From Chromera velia (taxonomy: Eukaryota), in NCBI GenBank assembly GCA_018398765.1, contig JAHBMJ010000440.1, positions 1 to 47,556 of the forward strand: a stretch of 47,556 nucleotides of DNA. The letters are read 5' to 3'. Below the pieces are notes generated by a model. The model was not told the origin of the DNA. It was given only the letters and a program-made list of their open reading frames with translations, and ran no database searches. The translations under genes were made by a program, and so were the position numbers. This document shows positions 16,918-30,779 of this stretch, piece by piece. Every line of letters starts with the position of its first letter. Position 1 is the first letter of the stretch.

Positions 16918-19900
16918 ATGAGCTGGGCAGGGAGAGCCTGCGGTGCCAAGCAGCTGATGGTCGACTCGGAGGACGAAGAGGAAGGCAAGCAGCAGCAGCA
17001 GCAGCAGCAGGCCGGCCCTTCTCCTCATGAGAATGGCCGGGGGCCCACCCAGGCCAACGGCTCGGCCGCAGCAAGTAACTCGAGGGGGGGCGGATACCGG
17101 ATGTTGAGGGGCCCTGCCCCCGCAGCGTCATCTTCGGCATCGAACGGAAGAAGCAAGAGGGAGAATGGGGATGGGACGGTAGGGACAGGTGGGCATTATG
17201 GGAGGTCTTCGGGGGAAGAAGTGCCCCCGGGGGGGGGGAGGTCAGGAGACGGGGGGGATGACTCGTCGAGTGACGCAGGCAGCAGGCATCACTCGGGGTG
17301 TTCAAGCGAGGGGGGTGCGGATTCGGACGAGGATTGTGAGAAATATGACAGGTGCGCGCTCCCAGAACACCAAAGGATTTTCGGCGTACATCAACGAAAG
17401 AGCAGTGCCCTCTGTCTGCAGATAGATCCTGATCCTTCCTGCCTTCTTTCTTTCTTTTTTGGTTCTCCTGCTTCGCAGATGTTCGATCTGCCTGTCGTTC
17501 GTTCCAGATCCTTTCGAAGTCAACCATCGAGACTCCTACACATGCTTTCTCCGATTCTCTCTTTTTGAAACACGTGATTCTGTTAGATTGGACCTCGGCC
17601 ACGATGCTTTCCCTCTCTTTTGGCTTATATGAAGGGGGGGGCTCGATCGAATCAGTTGAGGTAGGGGACTCGTGTCATGGGTCTCTTTTCTCTCTGTATG
17701 CCTCTCCGCATTATTCACACGTTCTTTTCTCACTACCGTGCAATCTTCCTGCTCCCCCTCAGGTATGGCTTCATGAAAGAAGCCACGATGAGGGAATCCG
17801 TGGAAGAATACGCAAAACTGTTCCAGCCTAAGTTGGAGAGAAGGAAGGCGAGGTGGGAGAGATTCGTTCAGACGGACTCGACATTCAAGAACAGAAGAAG
17901 ATTGAAGAGACTCTGCAGAAAAGGAATTCCGGATCATTTGAGATCACGAGTCTGGAGCCATTGTCTTCAGTCAGACAAGGCAATGCTTGCAAACCCGGGG
18001 CATTTCCGTCGAAATGTTGCCCAACCAATTCCAGAGCCCGTGGCGAAACAGATAGACGCGGACTTGCGGCGAACGTTTCCGTCGAATCGTTTGTTCAAAG
18101 AGGACGCAGGCATCGAGAGACTCAGAAAGGTCCTTCATGCAATGGCAGTTGAGCGTCCCGAAATTGGGTACTGCCAGGCTTTGAATTTCATTGCTGGCAT
18201 TTTTCTTCTGTTCATGAATGAAGAGCTTGCGTTCTGGTCCCTTGTTCAGTTTCTGGCCGCAGATGATAAGGAGCTAGGCCTCCAGATAGAGGATTACTAT
18301 AAAGAGAACATGACGGGGGTGCAGGTGGATAGCCGCGTCCTACAAGGGTTGGTTGCAAAGAAGCTGCCGAGGCTGAGCAGGGCATTAGAGCAACAGGGTG
18401 TGGATATTTCGTTGATAGCCAATCCCTGGTTCCTCACTTGCTTCACTGTGAGCCTCCCCATCTCGACAACGTTGAGAGTTTGGGACGCTCTCGTGTTTGA
18501 GCGCGACAAGGTTCTCTTCCGAGTCGCTCTGGCCATTCTCAGATTGTTGGCAGACAGAATAGAGGAGTGCTCCTCTGCCGACGAGGTCCTGCCCCAAATG
18601 TCCTCCTGGGTGACAGGCCTTGTGCAACACAACGTCGTGATGAAAACGGCCTTCTACGGGTTTGGGACTTTCAGCAGGTCAGCGACTCTAGACGAGGTAC
18701 GGAGAATAAATTCTAGACGAGAGTACAATACAGACAGAACACTAGAATGCGGGGGAAGAGACTCCCGGGTAAAGCGGAGACAGACAGACAGTCTTTGGGG
18801 GCTTAGAATGATCGACCCCCCTGAGAAAAGAATTATCGCGAAGAAGAGTGCGAGTCGAATGCGAAAAAAAGACGTGATTTCCCTCCTCCTGCGCTGTTAG
18901 CTGCTTGCGCATCTTTTCTGAGTCCGTTTTTTACATCCCTGTTTTGGCCGCCTTTATGTTTGTGCTGTGTCGAAGATTCCTGTTTGTCAGGAGTAGGACA
19001 GCACGACTGATTGCGTTTCTCTGGGTCGATTTCCCCACCTTGCTCTGATGCAGAAAAACCATCAACCAGGGCAGAGAAGTGGCACGCAAGCAGGTAGGCA
19101 CGTGTGCGCTCGTGTGTGGTGTAGTCTCGCCTATGTGCCTCTGTGTGTGTGTGTGTGTGTTTCTGTGTGTGTGTGTGTGCGTGTGTGTGTGTGTGTGGGT
19201 GTGTGGTGTACATGACGGAAAGAGAGCGAAAAAGAAAACACATTATCTCTCCCTCCGTCCGTCTGTCTGTCTGTCAGGAGGAAAGGAAACCATATAGTCT
19301 GTCTTTTCTGTCACGTGAAGACTTGTCGGGGGAGCAGATGCAAGGGCCGCTTTAGTCTGTCTCTTCGGGCCCCCTTCCGATTGTCTGTCCGTTCTTCATT
19401 CGATTGTCCGTCTGAGTTTTCTTTTCTTGTTTTCCTGTTTGTCTATGATGAAAAAAGAAAAAAATAAGTCATACAGGTCAGTCAGTCTGTCAGTCTGTCT
19501 GAGAAGCAAAGAAAGAAAAAGAAAGAACATATGGTCTGTCTGTCTGCCTGACTGAAAAGAAGGGAGAAGAAGAAACATATAGTCTGTCTGTCTGTCTGTC
19601 TGTCTAGCATATAGTCTGTCTGTCTGTCTGTCATGAAGAAAAGGAGGGAGAAGAAGAAACACATAGTCTGTCTCTCTGTGCAGGTCGAACAAGGGATGCG
19701 AGAGAAAGAACTACAACGGAAGCGACGGGAGATAGAGGCGGCAGAGAGAATGAGACGGCAGCAGGAAGAGAAGGAGAGACAGAGACGAGAGAGGGAAATC
19801 GAGAACGGATCTCCCCCCCCCGGCCAGACCGCAGACGAAAAGGCCGACTGGTTCACCCATGACATCACAACACTTCCTGCTACCTCTCCTGCCGCCTACG

Positions 19901-21657
19901 AAGGCAGGCAGAGTGCGGGAGGAAGTCACAGGGAGCTTCCTGGAGCAGCTGCAGCGCCTGCGGGTGCCTCTAGGTCCCTTGCGCCTCCGATTTCACGACC
20001 TTCCGGGCCCCCCCATGCTTCTTCGGCCCCGCCCCCCACGCACGGATGGACTGCGGCAGCGGGGCCGCAGAGGGGTGCGGTCCCCGTCCCCGTCCCTCTG
20101 CCAGCTGTTGGCAGGGGGGGGTCGGAGGCGGGCTTTTCAGGGTCGCTGCATGGGGGGCGGTCTTCTCAGCCAAGTCAGTGGGCAGGCCATGTCAGCAGAG
20201 GGTGGGAGGGCACATGCACGTTGCAAGCCCCGGGTGTTGGTGTTGGGGTTGGAGGCGGTGCGGCTGCAGGAGGGGGTCGGAAAGGGATTCCGGTGGTGGA
20301 CATGTCTTGTGAATTAGAGAGTGCAGGTGATTTGATTGGAGAGAGGGAGGGGGTTGCCGAGTTTGACTGGGAGAGCCGGGGGGGGGACACAATTGAGCAT
20401 GGTGCCGGTTTGGCCTCTGCATCAGCCTCGTCATCCAAGCAGCCCCCCCTGCCACCCGGACGTGTGCCGATGGCGGGGGGGAGGAGGCATGACAAGGTCC
20501 CCCTCCTAGAAGACCATGATCGCTCCCATGCAGCAGTGCCCCCCTCTGGGGTTGTGAACCTTGTCTGCAGTCAGTCCTCGTTCGCTTCGGGTGGGGAGGG
20601 TTTTGGGAGCAGTAAGGGGGGGCGGGAGTGGACGGGGTCGGCGGTGTCTAGAGACCCCACTGCGGGCTGTGCGGGGGGGGGGGGAACGAAAACGTCAGCA
20701 GCAGAGTTGGCAGATGACGAGGGAGAGCCTCCTCCCTCAGCCTCCTGTGAGTATGGACGGGGCATGACCCCACCATGTGATGGTACCTTTCCACGTATGC
20801 CTTTCTCCTTTATGAAGTTGGAGAATGGAGCGAAGGCAAAGGGAAAGGGAGAGAGTCAAGGTCGACGAGAAGAGGGAGAGAAAGAGAGGGAGAAAGCGTT
20901 TGAAGCCTTAGACGAGTGGCAAGGGGCGGATTTGGGAGAGGATGGGGAGATGAAACTTGATGTGGTCAGGTGCCCTAGGGCCCCCTGGTGCCTTCGTGAA
21001 GACAGCGGGCACGGTTCTTTCCGTGCCTCTGTCTCCCGCCCCTCTGCCGTTGTCCCCCCGTTTTCGTTTTCCTCCACTGCTGCAGGGTCTTCCTCTGCAG
21101 CTGCTGCAACTGCAGGATCTGCATGTGCACCTCGTGGAGGGGGGTTGAGAGGGGGCGACCCGAACGGTTTGTCGGCTCCAAGCGGAGTGGAGGGGGGAAG
21201 GGCTTGGCCTCATCCATTGGCTTCGGAAGCAGACGGAGAGGTTCCACCTCAGCCATCCAGCGCTTCTTCTTGCCCTCAGGGGTCGCCCCCCTTTGCTGCA
21301 GAGAGAGGGGGGCAGTCTTTGCTGTCAGCTCCCTCTCGCAGGGGCGGTACGGTTGACTTCGTTGACGTCTGTTCACCTTCGCCCGCGCCGTCGTGTTCTT
21401 CCTTCAGCCTCTTGGCTGTTTTCTCTGCGTCTGAGCTTGTGCAGTTGGGACGGTCGATTGGGTTGGGGGGAGCGATTGAGGGGGGGGAGGAAGAGGGAGA
21501 CGGCCAGCAGCAGGGAGAGAATCCGGGGCTGAGGGTTTGCGCGAATGCAGAAATGATGAACAGAAATGAGAATTCAGGTGCAGGGGTGGGAATGTGGAGA
21601 GGAAAGCCGGGGAGAGAAGACGAGGTGATGAGATGCATTGACAGAAAACCAAGCTGA
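16918..21657 (+). CDS. TBC-domain Rab GTPase-activating protein with coiled coil and long low-complexity tail, ~1120 aa
   Basis: Exons 16918-17351, 17763-18677, 19054-19093, 19684-21657, phase-consistent GT-AG. Splicing creates DRYGF. Other motifs: RKGIPDHLRSRVW, Arg finger IDADLRRTFP, Gln finger YCQALNF, WFLTCF, and LRVWD....KVLFRVALAIL. Confidence 0.93.
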
Positions 21658-21719
21658 GGTTGGCTCTCATGAAGAAGAAAGAGCAGAGCGGAGAGAGGAA
21701 GAAAGAAAAAGAAGACCGA

Positions 21720-21753
<34 letters not shown>

Positions 21754-23700
21754 CTCCGTCCGTCCAGTTATTCATTTCATTCGGTCCGCACTGACCGACC
21801 GACTTTTTCTGTTCTTCCTGCTAGAACAGCCTCAATTTATCCCTCTCTTTCCCGCCCGTGTCTTTTTCTCTCTTTCTTTTTTCTTTATCTCTTTCTTTCT
21901 TTTTTCTCTCTTTCTTTTTTCTTTCTCTATTTTTTCTTTCTCTCTTTATTTTTTCTTTCTCTCTTCGTTTTTCTTTTCTTTCTTTCTTTCTTTCTTTCTT
22001 TCTGCTTTTCCTTCACTTTTGTCTATCTGTGTGTCTTTCTCTCCCTGTCTCTCTCCTCTCTTCCCTCCACCCCCCCCTTCCCTCTTTTCTTCACTCCTTC
22101 ATATTGTGCTCTTGCTACTGTTGCCTCCTTCCTCCGTTGATCCCTCACCCCCCATGCACCCGTGCTTCCTCCCTCCGGGCTGTACTTTATGAATGAATGA
22201 AAGCCAAACGCCCGCTACTTTCTGAGAGGGGGGTGTTCACAGCGAGGAATGACAGGGGGCTGGGAGAAACGTCGAATTAAGATGGCTTCAGCAAATGAAG
22301 GTTCCTTCGTCCTTTGAATCGTTCAAGCTGCGACTGATCGATCAATGGGCACGCTTGCGTCATTCACCCTCACCCCCACGCAAAAACGACTCTTTAAAGA
22401 AGTCTACAAGCAATCCAAGGTCTCCCTCCCTCTTCCACTTCCTCTCATTTGGGTCCGTTCTTTTCAGACGGCCCTGCATACCTGCTTTGGTGCCATCCAC
22501 CCGGTCGCCTTGGCAAACAGCGGCACTTGCACACAGCCCCCCGGCGGCTGTGCGTACGTCTTTTTTCACTTTCCTGCCCGATCCAAAAAGATCCAGTAGC
22601 CACAAGTCTGAACGAACGCACAATCTCGTTAAACCCTTTTTGTCTTCAATTTGGACCACAGACGATCAGGGGTGGATGATCAATTGATGCTTTTTAAGTT
22701 TAATTCAGTGATCTTTCAGTGAAGTCGACCCTGAAAAGCAACTCAGCCACCAGAAAAATTGGACATTTAACTAATTTATTTAATTTGTATATCAAAATCA
22801 GACCTTGACTATGATTGCAGGAATCAAAGATCAAATCACGGGCTACTAGCTTCTCAAATTCTGGTCACATGGATTTGTATGGCTTTTAGGGCTCTTAATT
22901 TATCTGTTTTCTTTGTGTGACTCCTTGGTCCGAGCGATAGTGATAGTGATTCAGTGGTGTTTTTGAGCAAAAGTTACACAAGCGGAACTTAGCGCGACTA
23001 AGAGTCTGAGACGAACTGAAGTATCATTACCTTGACTTGCTATATGTCTAACCTTAGGCTATCTGTATTATTGAATTGAATTGTATGCAACTTTTGAAAG
23101 CAGTGCTTGAAGATGTTTGAAAGCCGGTAGGCTGCCTCTTTCTATTTAAGACTGTGTTCTTTCTTGAAGCTAGTTGAAAAATACTAACGGATTATACCGT
23201 ATCAATACTGATTCAGGTTTATAATTGGGTTTATCATTTGTCCGTTATCCATGCTGATGGTGTATGATAGTGGTAATGATGGAAGTAAACGGAAGTAATC
23301 ATAATGTACACATGTTTTTTTTTTCTTTTCTTTTTTTAATTCAATTTTCGATCAGGTTTAATTCTAGGCATGTGAATTTCCGATTTTTTAGGGCCTCCAA
23401 GTTATAGCTGAGTTGCATTTCGATGAACTTCGATCGAGGATCGACGCACACACTTTTCTGTTACATATTGACCACGTCACCATGCACGCGCCGCCACGCG
23501 CGCGAATGCGCGCGAACGAGCGCCAACAAACTTCAAATATCCTCTTCAAATTTTATGAATTCTTTACATGCATGCATGCATCATTGTACGTACGTATTTA
23601 ATTCAATCGATCGATCGATCAAAAAATTTGCATTGGTGTCAGATCGATCGCGAGACTGCGTCCAAAGTCCGAACGTCACTGAACCCTTCTAAAGAATGTC

Positions 23701-24728
23701 ATGGATCTGGGTGCTCAGAAAAATCCAACGCTCTCTGATCCACGGCAAGGCTGCAAACAGGACAACACAATGAGCGTTGCCGAACTGAGGAGCGGCATAG
23801 GGTTGGTTTCTGTTGTCTTCGCTCTTGGGTCCCTTGGCATCGGTGGAGCCCTTCTTGCATATGGTGCCGCCTCTAACGTAGAGCAATTTGCCTGTTGTAC
23901 AGTACACGCTTGTCCTACCCTGACAGACACATCTGCATTTCCGGCGAGAAACGGGGCTGGAGTCTGTCTGTACTCTGAGGCCACATGTCCTGCCGGGGCG
24001 GGACGGATGGACTCTTGCAGACCGGGGGAGATGGACTTGGGAAAGGACTGTACAGTCAACCTTCCACAAGTAAGTAACTGTAAGGGACCTCATGAAGACT
24101 GGTAGCAAGGACAATGCTGTATGTATGCAATTACCCACATACTCATGTGAATCCATGCATGAGCTGGCAATTGAAAGAAGTCATGATGCTGACCCAGAGA
24201 GGGGACAAGAAAATTCTGCGGAGGTCCAGGCAGAAGATTTGAAAGGAATGGCGGGCTGTGAAGCTGTGCGTTACAGTCAGGTTGCTTGAACAGACGCGGG
24301 GAATGATTGAGCATGCCGAGCGTTCGCGGGGCCCGGCTGGGGGTCGGACAGTTTAATTGGGTGTCTGCGTTCGCGCAGGTCCCCACACAGGCTCGCGATC
24401 GTGTCATTGCGTGTGCCTTTGTTCATTTATAGGCAGGCAGACAGTGAGCGCGTGAGCAAGAAACGAGCAAAAATGCCAGACGCGAGCGCTGAGAAAAATG
24501 TCATGATGCAAGAAGCTAAGGAAGCCACTGTAATAGACGTGGGGCAGTGAGCTGTACTGCCAAAAAGGAGGGGACAAATGAAGGGAGAAACCGAATCCCT
24601 GGGAGTCTATGCAGAGTTTTAAATCAAAGGAATTTCACATGCAGGCACGCCAGCGTGCAGAAGCCGAGGTGCCTCGGGTTCGGTTCGCAATTCAATTCAG
24701 AGAGACATACCTGCGTGTGCAAGTCGAA

Positions 24729-24762
<34 letters not shown>

Positions 24763-24765
24763 GTG

Positions 24766-24796
<31 letters not shown>

Positions 24797-24800
24797 GAAG

Positions 24801-24836
<36 letters not shown>

Positions 24837-25611
24837 NNNNNNNNNNNNNNNNNNNNNNNNNNNNNNNNNNNNNNNNNNNNNNNNNNNNNNNNNNNNNNNN
24901 NNNNNNNNNNNNNNNNNNNNNNNNNNNNNNNNNNNNNNNNNNNNNNNNNNNNNNNNNNNNNNNNNNNNNNNNNNNNNNNNGGGGGGGGGGTTTGGAGAAA
25001 AGAGATCTGCAAGTAAATTCCATGATCGCAGCCTTTGAGTCTAGTTTGCATGTCTCGCGGTCTCTGCGAATGCATGAGCTGCGTAGAAACACTTCTAGTA
25101 CCCCGTGAATTCCTCTTTTGTGTTTGTCCTTCGCATGCAGACGCTCACATTTCCTTTGGGCAGCCTGATGATCGTGGCTGGTGCCTTCCGTGCGGCTTTC
25201 CTTCTCTGTGGGGACTGCGACGGACGAACGTGTGCAAAAACGTATGTTCCTCTTCTTTCCGAAATATTGCTAAACATCGGGGTTGTTACGTGCGCTCTCA
25301 TGGGCATGTTGGCTTGGGGAGGGGGGGCCGTCTCTGAGTCCGAGCGAATGGTGAAAGGAAACACAGGGGACGAAAACAACCCGGGAAATCCAGTGTACAT
25401 GGAAGGAGATGGTTGCCCGGTGGCAAGATCTGTTGTGGGGGACTCAGACAGTCGGATCAAAAAGGTGCAATTGTGGTATAAATCTGAAGTCACATTCCCC
25501 TTTTTCGTGCTGGCGCTTGTCCTTTCCGGACTATACTGCATTGTGTGGGTCTTTAAGATCACAGGAACGTATTGTTTCAGCGAAACGGACAATAAGGATT
25601 CAAATCGATAA
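23701..25611 (+). CDS. Four-transmembrane protein with Cys-rich first loop, unknown family (256-279 aa)
   Basis: Exon 23701 (or ATG 23770)-24069 ends caa|gtaagt. Exon 25141-25611 follows tgcag|. Both are phase 0. Four hydrophobic helices are visible. The intron contains an N gap, so a hidden exon is possible. Confidence 0.7.
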
Positions 25612-27335
25612 AACTTCAGCTATTTCATACTCAAAAGGTCCTGCTGTGTGCGCCTCATATATTTTTTCATTTGTGTTCAGCACACTATAGACCATACTAG
25701 TGAGGCCTCCGAATCATTGCCGCCTTTCAATGACTGAATTATCTGTTGGAGATCATTATCATCATTATTATACTACTATTATCTTTACTGCTTGTTCGGG
25801 CTGTCATGGTAGGCTTAGAGCTTACTAGGCTATTAAATAATTTATGAGTGACATGATAAGTGTATAGAATTCAATCTTTCTGAAATGTTAAACGTCAAAG
25901 AGTAAAAGATTGATTGATTGATTAGTTAATTGAGTGAGTGAGTGAGCGTAATGTTCCAGAAGCATGCTGCTCCTGTTCTTTGCTTATCGATGCGCACTTC
26001 TTTTCTCTCTTTCCGTTTGGTAAGGGGCGTATGCCGAGCGAATTGATTTTTAAAGCGCGTAAGTCCCCATCCGGATCCTTAAATGCTGCGCGCGCCACCA
26101 CTGGTCGGCTCGCCTCACGCATGATATTCATCTTTCCATGCGCTTCTCTCTCTTTGACTGATCCCGGCTCGCCTCTCCTGTCAGTGATTGCATGTTGAGT
26201 GACGCATGCTAAGTCCTGATTGTTTATGCAAGTGATTGCCATCTTTGGAACTCTTTCACTTCTCGTTTGGGGCTTTCCGGGGTTCCCACACGCAAAGACT
26301 CCGTCAGGCGTTTCCTCTCGCATATATTTTGACTCACAAAATTTCTCATTGTTTCATCTCGATCGATTACTAGAATTAAACGTTTTTCCTCTGGGAGTGG
26401 CTCTCTGCTTGCCACTCTGAAACGACTTTCTCTCGAATAAGGACCTACGGATCGATTTCTTTGTGAGTCTTTATTTCTGTCTTCGTGTGTAGCTAGGTAT
26501 TCGTTCTTATAGTCTAGCACACATCTCGGTGAGTGAGTGAGTGAGTGAATAAGACAAAACTGATTATAATTTTTTTTTATCTCTTTCAAGTTCTCTTTTA
26601 CTCTCTTATTATTGAGTCTTATATCAGTTAAAACCTTAGTTTCAGATCAATGAGATGCTCGAGTTAAAAAGTATGACAATGTGTCATTCAGATAGAGCCA
26701 TGTGAGCCGCCACGTGTACCGCCGCCACCAAGCAAGCCGCAAAAATCCGAGTTTTATCAATGTGATTGTGTTGCACTGCATGGACGCGCTTCATGGAATT
26801 GATTAAATTTTGTGGGGAATTTGTAATTTGCTTCATTAAGATTGATTAGTAAATCTTTCCAAATCTGCTTAATAACTTTCCGTTCTCTCCAGAATCCAAA
26901 TTAAGGACTCCGGATTATCATATACTTCTTGAAGGCATAACCACTGAACAAGAACATTTGTTCTGCGGTTGTAGTCATTCGTTTATTTCTATAATATACC
27001 AGCTTTTGAATTGACTATGTAAGGAACTAGGCAAAGAACTAACTAAGAAAGTAACTTAAATACTTTTTCAGTCTCCAAATTTTGTATCGAGAGCGAGCCT
27101 ATAGGTGCTAGCCTTTCCGATTTTGAAGAAAGAAAGTTTACTAGTAGATTAATACGCGTATCATGCGGCGTATGTAGCTACTATAGGTATGTAGAACTTG
27201 TCAACGAAAGTGCAGGTTTGCCTTGGTGTGTTCTAGCGTGTGTGAGGCTACGTGTGAGGCTGTGCTGCACACATCTTCCATTCTGACACTCTTTTAAGCT
27301 AGACTCGGAGGTGACGATCGTCTTAATGTCTCCCC

Positions 27336-30300
27336 TCAGTGGTCTTCAGCATCCCCTCTTTCGGCCTCTTCTCTCGCCCTCATGTTCTCAAAATACCTCG
27401 CGATCAGCTCCGCCGTGTTGAAGTCCCTTGTGCCGCCCACGACTGGCGCTGAGAGGGCAGCAGGGGAAGCGCCAGCGTCTCGCTTTCCTTTTTCAACCAT
27501 GGTACAGACAAGGGCAGAGCTCCCTTGCTCCTTCTCACCCTGGAGCGGCCTCTGATCAGACACCTTCCCCGCTCTCTGCCGAGCTTCCCCCTCTTGTCTC
27601 CCCTGCTTGTCGTCTTCACCCCCCCCCTTGGGTGGTACTGTGAAACGGGAAGAGGAGGCCGATCTCGAGCTGCGACTTTGTCCGAGCTGAGCGGAGGCTC
27701 GCCCCCGCTCCTGAATACGAGGCGCAGTCCCTTTTGAGACGCACACGAGCGCTGTCCCGAGGGGAATCCGGGCAGGATCTCCGGAAGCGACTGAGGGACC
27801 GGAGCTCCTGAAGGGAAGCGGGGGGGGGCTTTCAGTCCTTCCATCTCCTTCCTCCTTGGCTGCTCCACCTTCACCTTCACCAGGGTTGAGGGCGACCTTC
27901 AGAGTGTCTGTCGGGGCACTCTCGGTGAAGAGGTCCGCACGTCTGAGTGATCGCGCGACGGACTCCCAACACTGGGAGAGGCCTCCGCTGCTTCCAGTGG
28001 GTGAGGGGTGGTCGTTCTGTCCGAACAACTCTAATGGGGTTTGCTCGTCAGAGGAGGGGAAAGAAGGAGGCGGAGAGGCGCTACCCCAATTTCCCCCTTC
28101 CCCCCTTTCGTCGTCTGTGCCGCCCCCCCCGCCCTCAAGTCCCACAAGCCCCCCATGACCGTCCCTCACCGCCTCCAGGGATGAATCCTCGCTACCCTCT
28201 TCTCTCACCCGTCTCCCCAGACCCAACGCCCGTCCTTCCCGGAACCTCTCCGGAGTCTTCTTGCGGACAATCGACTTCGGGGAAGGCGACTGCCCTGTGC
28301 GGACAGATGAGACAGAAGAAGAAATGCTACCCAGCGACTCTGCCCACCTGCACACAATCTCGCAGGCAGCAGAAAAAACCTTTTCAGGATCGCGCCTGCT
28401 TGTCCACCCTTCATGTTACCGAAGCCACCGAAATACGAGAGACCCACAATGCACGTGCAGTCTGTTTGTCACTGAAGAACACAGGCGGGCATCTTGTTCT
28501 GCCTGCGGATGGAACAGAAGCATCTGCTTACACAAACTGCTGCATTTGTGCAGCGGTAGCGCAGATTTCTCTCCTATCCATCTCTGTGCAGATCAGTCTA
28601 TCCACCGATGGATGATTCTACCACTGCCGGCAGACAGACACACATTCACGAGGTTCGACACTCTGCCAGAGCTAGGAGCTAGGGCGGCCATGCAGACTTG
28701 AGAGAGAGAAATGAAGGAGGGAGGGAGGGGGACACATGCATTCTCGCAGAGACCCGACCGATCCATCGATTGAAGGAAAATCTAGATCCTGGCTTTTGTG
28801 CATGCATCCATGCATCCATGCATGCAGCCAGACAAACTTTTGTTCTGTCCGTTCTCTTTCAGGCCGATCGAGCCAGCCAGCCAAACATTCGCTGCAGAGT
28901 AGTCGGTCTGCATGTCTCTGTCTGTCTGGCGCAGTTGCATACAATTCACGACTGACCGCAGTCTCTTTCCAGTTTGAGATGGACATAGAGAGCTGCTCTG
29001 GGCAACCACCATCAGACTGCTCTGAGCGACTCCTACCGAGAGCCCTCCAGAGGGACTTGGCATCACCTGCGCGCACACACGAGAGAAAAGTAAGGGGCAA
29101 ATGAAAATGAGGAACGCATACAAAACAGTCAAGGGGGGGAGAAGCACTCGAATTCAGTCTCTCTGAGCGGACGTCAATCGGGAGTGGACCGAATGTTCCT
29201 CTGCCACCAATGTGTCGAGGGCATGCATGCATCTGCTGGCATGATAGCAACTTGGATTTGCTTCCAGTCAACCTGAATTTAACGTTCTCTCCCTAGAGCA
29301 TGCATGCATGAATGAATGATTCAAAGATGCGCCCTAACGCACTAGGTCACTCCCCGCACCTGTGAGGTATTGTTGACGGCATCTGACGGCACCGAAAGAC
29401 AGTCAGACTGAAGAGGACGCACTGAGAACGGTAGGGGCCCAGGCACAGGGTCCTGAGGAATCACGAGAGAAACCGACGAGCAGTGAAGCGGCCCGGCACG
29501 GTTTGCACTGCTGCTACCGGTCTGCCCACCACTTGCAAAGCCATGTATGGGCGTGGTTTGCGGCGGTTGTTCTGGGTTTGCACCCGCATCTGCTGCGCTC
29601 ATTTGTGCCGTCGGAGTTCCATGAATGTGGGAAGTCTGCGAGAGGATGTCAATCGAGTCCCCCACCTGCCCAAGCCTCGCGCTGCTTCCTTCCACCCCGC
29701 TGCTGGGTTGTCTGTTGTTCATGTTGTTTCTGGGTGAGGGCGAATTCTTCAGGATCGATTTCGGCTGAAGAACCAACGGAGAGGAGCAGCCCCCAGGGGA
29801 GAAGGAGGGGTCAGTCAGAAGTCTCGGTGGAGGGTCATAGCAGGGCGTGTCATGACGGGAATGGCGGTACCGGACAGGTCGCCGGGGTGTGAGAAGACTT
29901 GCAGATACACCGTCGAGGGCCATGGCGCCTTCAGAAGATTCGCCCCCTTGGAAAGAAGCCAACGGATGACTTTGCTGAGGAAACGAAGTGATGACCTGCA
30001 GTCTGACGGGAATTCTCTCTCTCTGTTTTTCAACAGCGGGGGGGAGAGAGGAAGGCTGCACTGAGGCACTGCCACTGAGGCCCCAGTCAGCGCCGTTACT
30101 GGTTCCAGGGGCAACAGGGTGATGGGACGAATCTTCCCCGTCCCCGCCGGCCCCCTCCTCTGCGCTCTTCTCGTCTTCCTCTTGAATCTGGGGAGGAAGT
30201 AGCTCCTGCACTCCTGAGGAGCCAGCTAGAGCGGTGGAGTTTCCACCTGTTGGTGGGTGTGCCGTGTCAGGGGACGCAGCGTTCATGGTGATTGGATCCG

Positions 30301-30613
30301 TGGAGGCGGTCAGCGACGGGATTTTCCCTCCCGCCCTGAGGGTGGAGATGGAGGGGCGGGGGGAAGCCTCAGAGTCTCCAACCGAACCTCCCTGCCTCTC
30401 CGTTTCGTTCGCATTCGCGTGCTTGTATCCTTTCTCAACATCCTCTTTCGGCCCTTTTGCACCCACTCCGCCCGTTCCCTTTGTGGAAGAGCGCAGGTGA
30501 AGAAAACAGAGGGTCAGGCCCACCAGAAGACACAGAAAGAGGAAGCCAGGCACGATTATGACAACGTAGAATGAGGCACTACCCTCCGCAATCAAGTGCC
30601 TTGAGCCACCCAT
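27336..30613 (-). CDS. Single-pass membrane protein with long Ser/Pro/Gly-rich cytoplasmic tail, ~791 aa
   Basis: Exons 30613-29360, 29066-28957, 28347-27336 join through cag|gtgcgg, gcag|, cg|gtcagt and gcag| in consistent phase (0 then 2). N-terminal TM is FYVVIIVPGFLFLCLLVGLTLCFL. No recognised domain. Confidence 0.7.
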
Positions 30614-30779
30614 GCGGATCTTGACTGATATTAATATCGATAAATAAAGGACATGCACCGCATCTTCGGTCAGATCTTGAAAGCCTCCCGTTGCACACAC
30701 GTCATATTTCTGCGAAGTTCTGCCCGAGAAGCAGCCTCACGGTCTGTCGGTCATATACAGAGGCAATGATACCTGTATA

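Noticed and set aside
22295..22687. Small overlapping ORFs downstream of the TBC gene
   Set aside because: No recognisable motif or splice support; plausibly 3'UTR or intergenic.
24092..24289. 65-aa ORF inside the 4-TM gene intron
   Set aside because: Short, with no homology cue and not needed for the phase-consistent model.
25922..26589. Cluster of small ORFs between GAGT tracts
   Set aside because: No frame stands out as protein-like; a gene cannot be supported.
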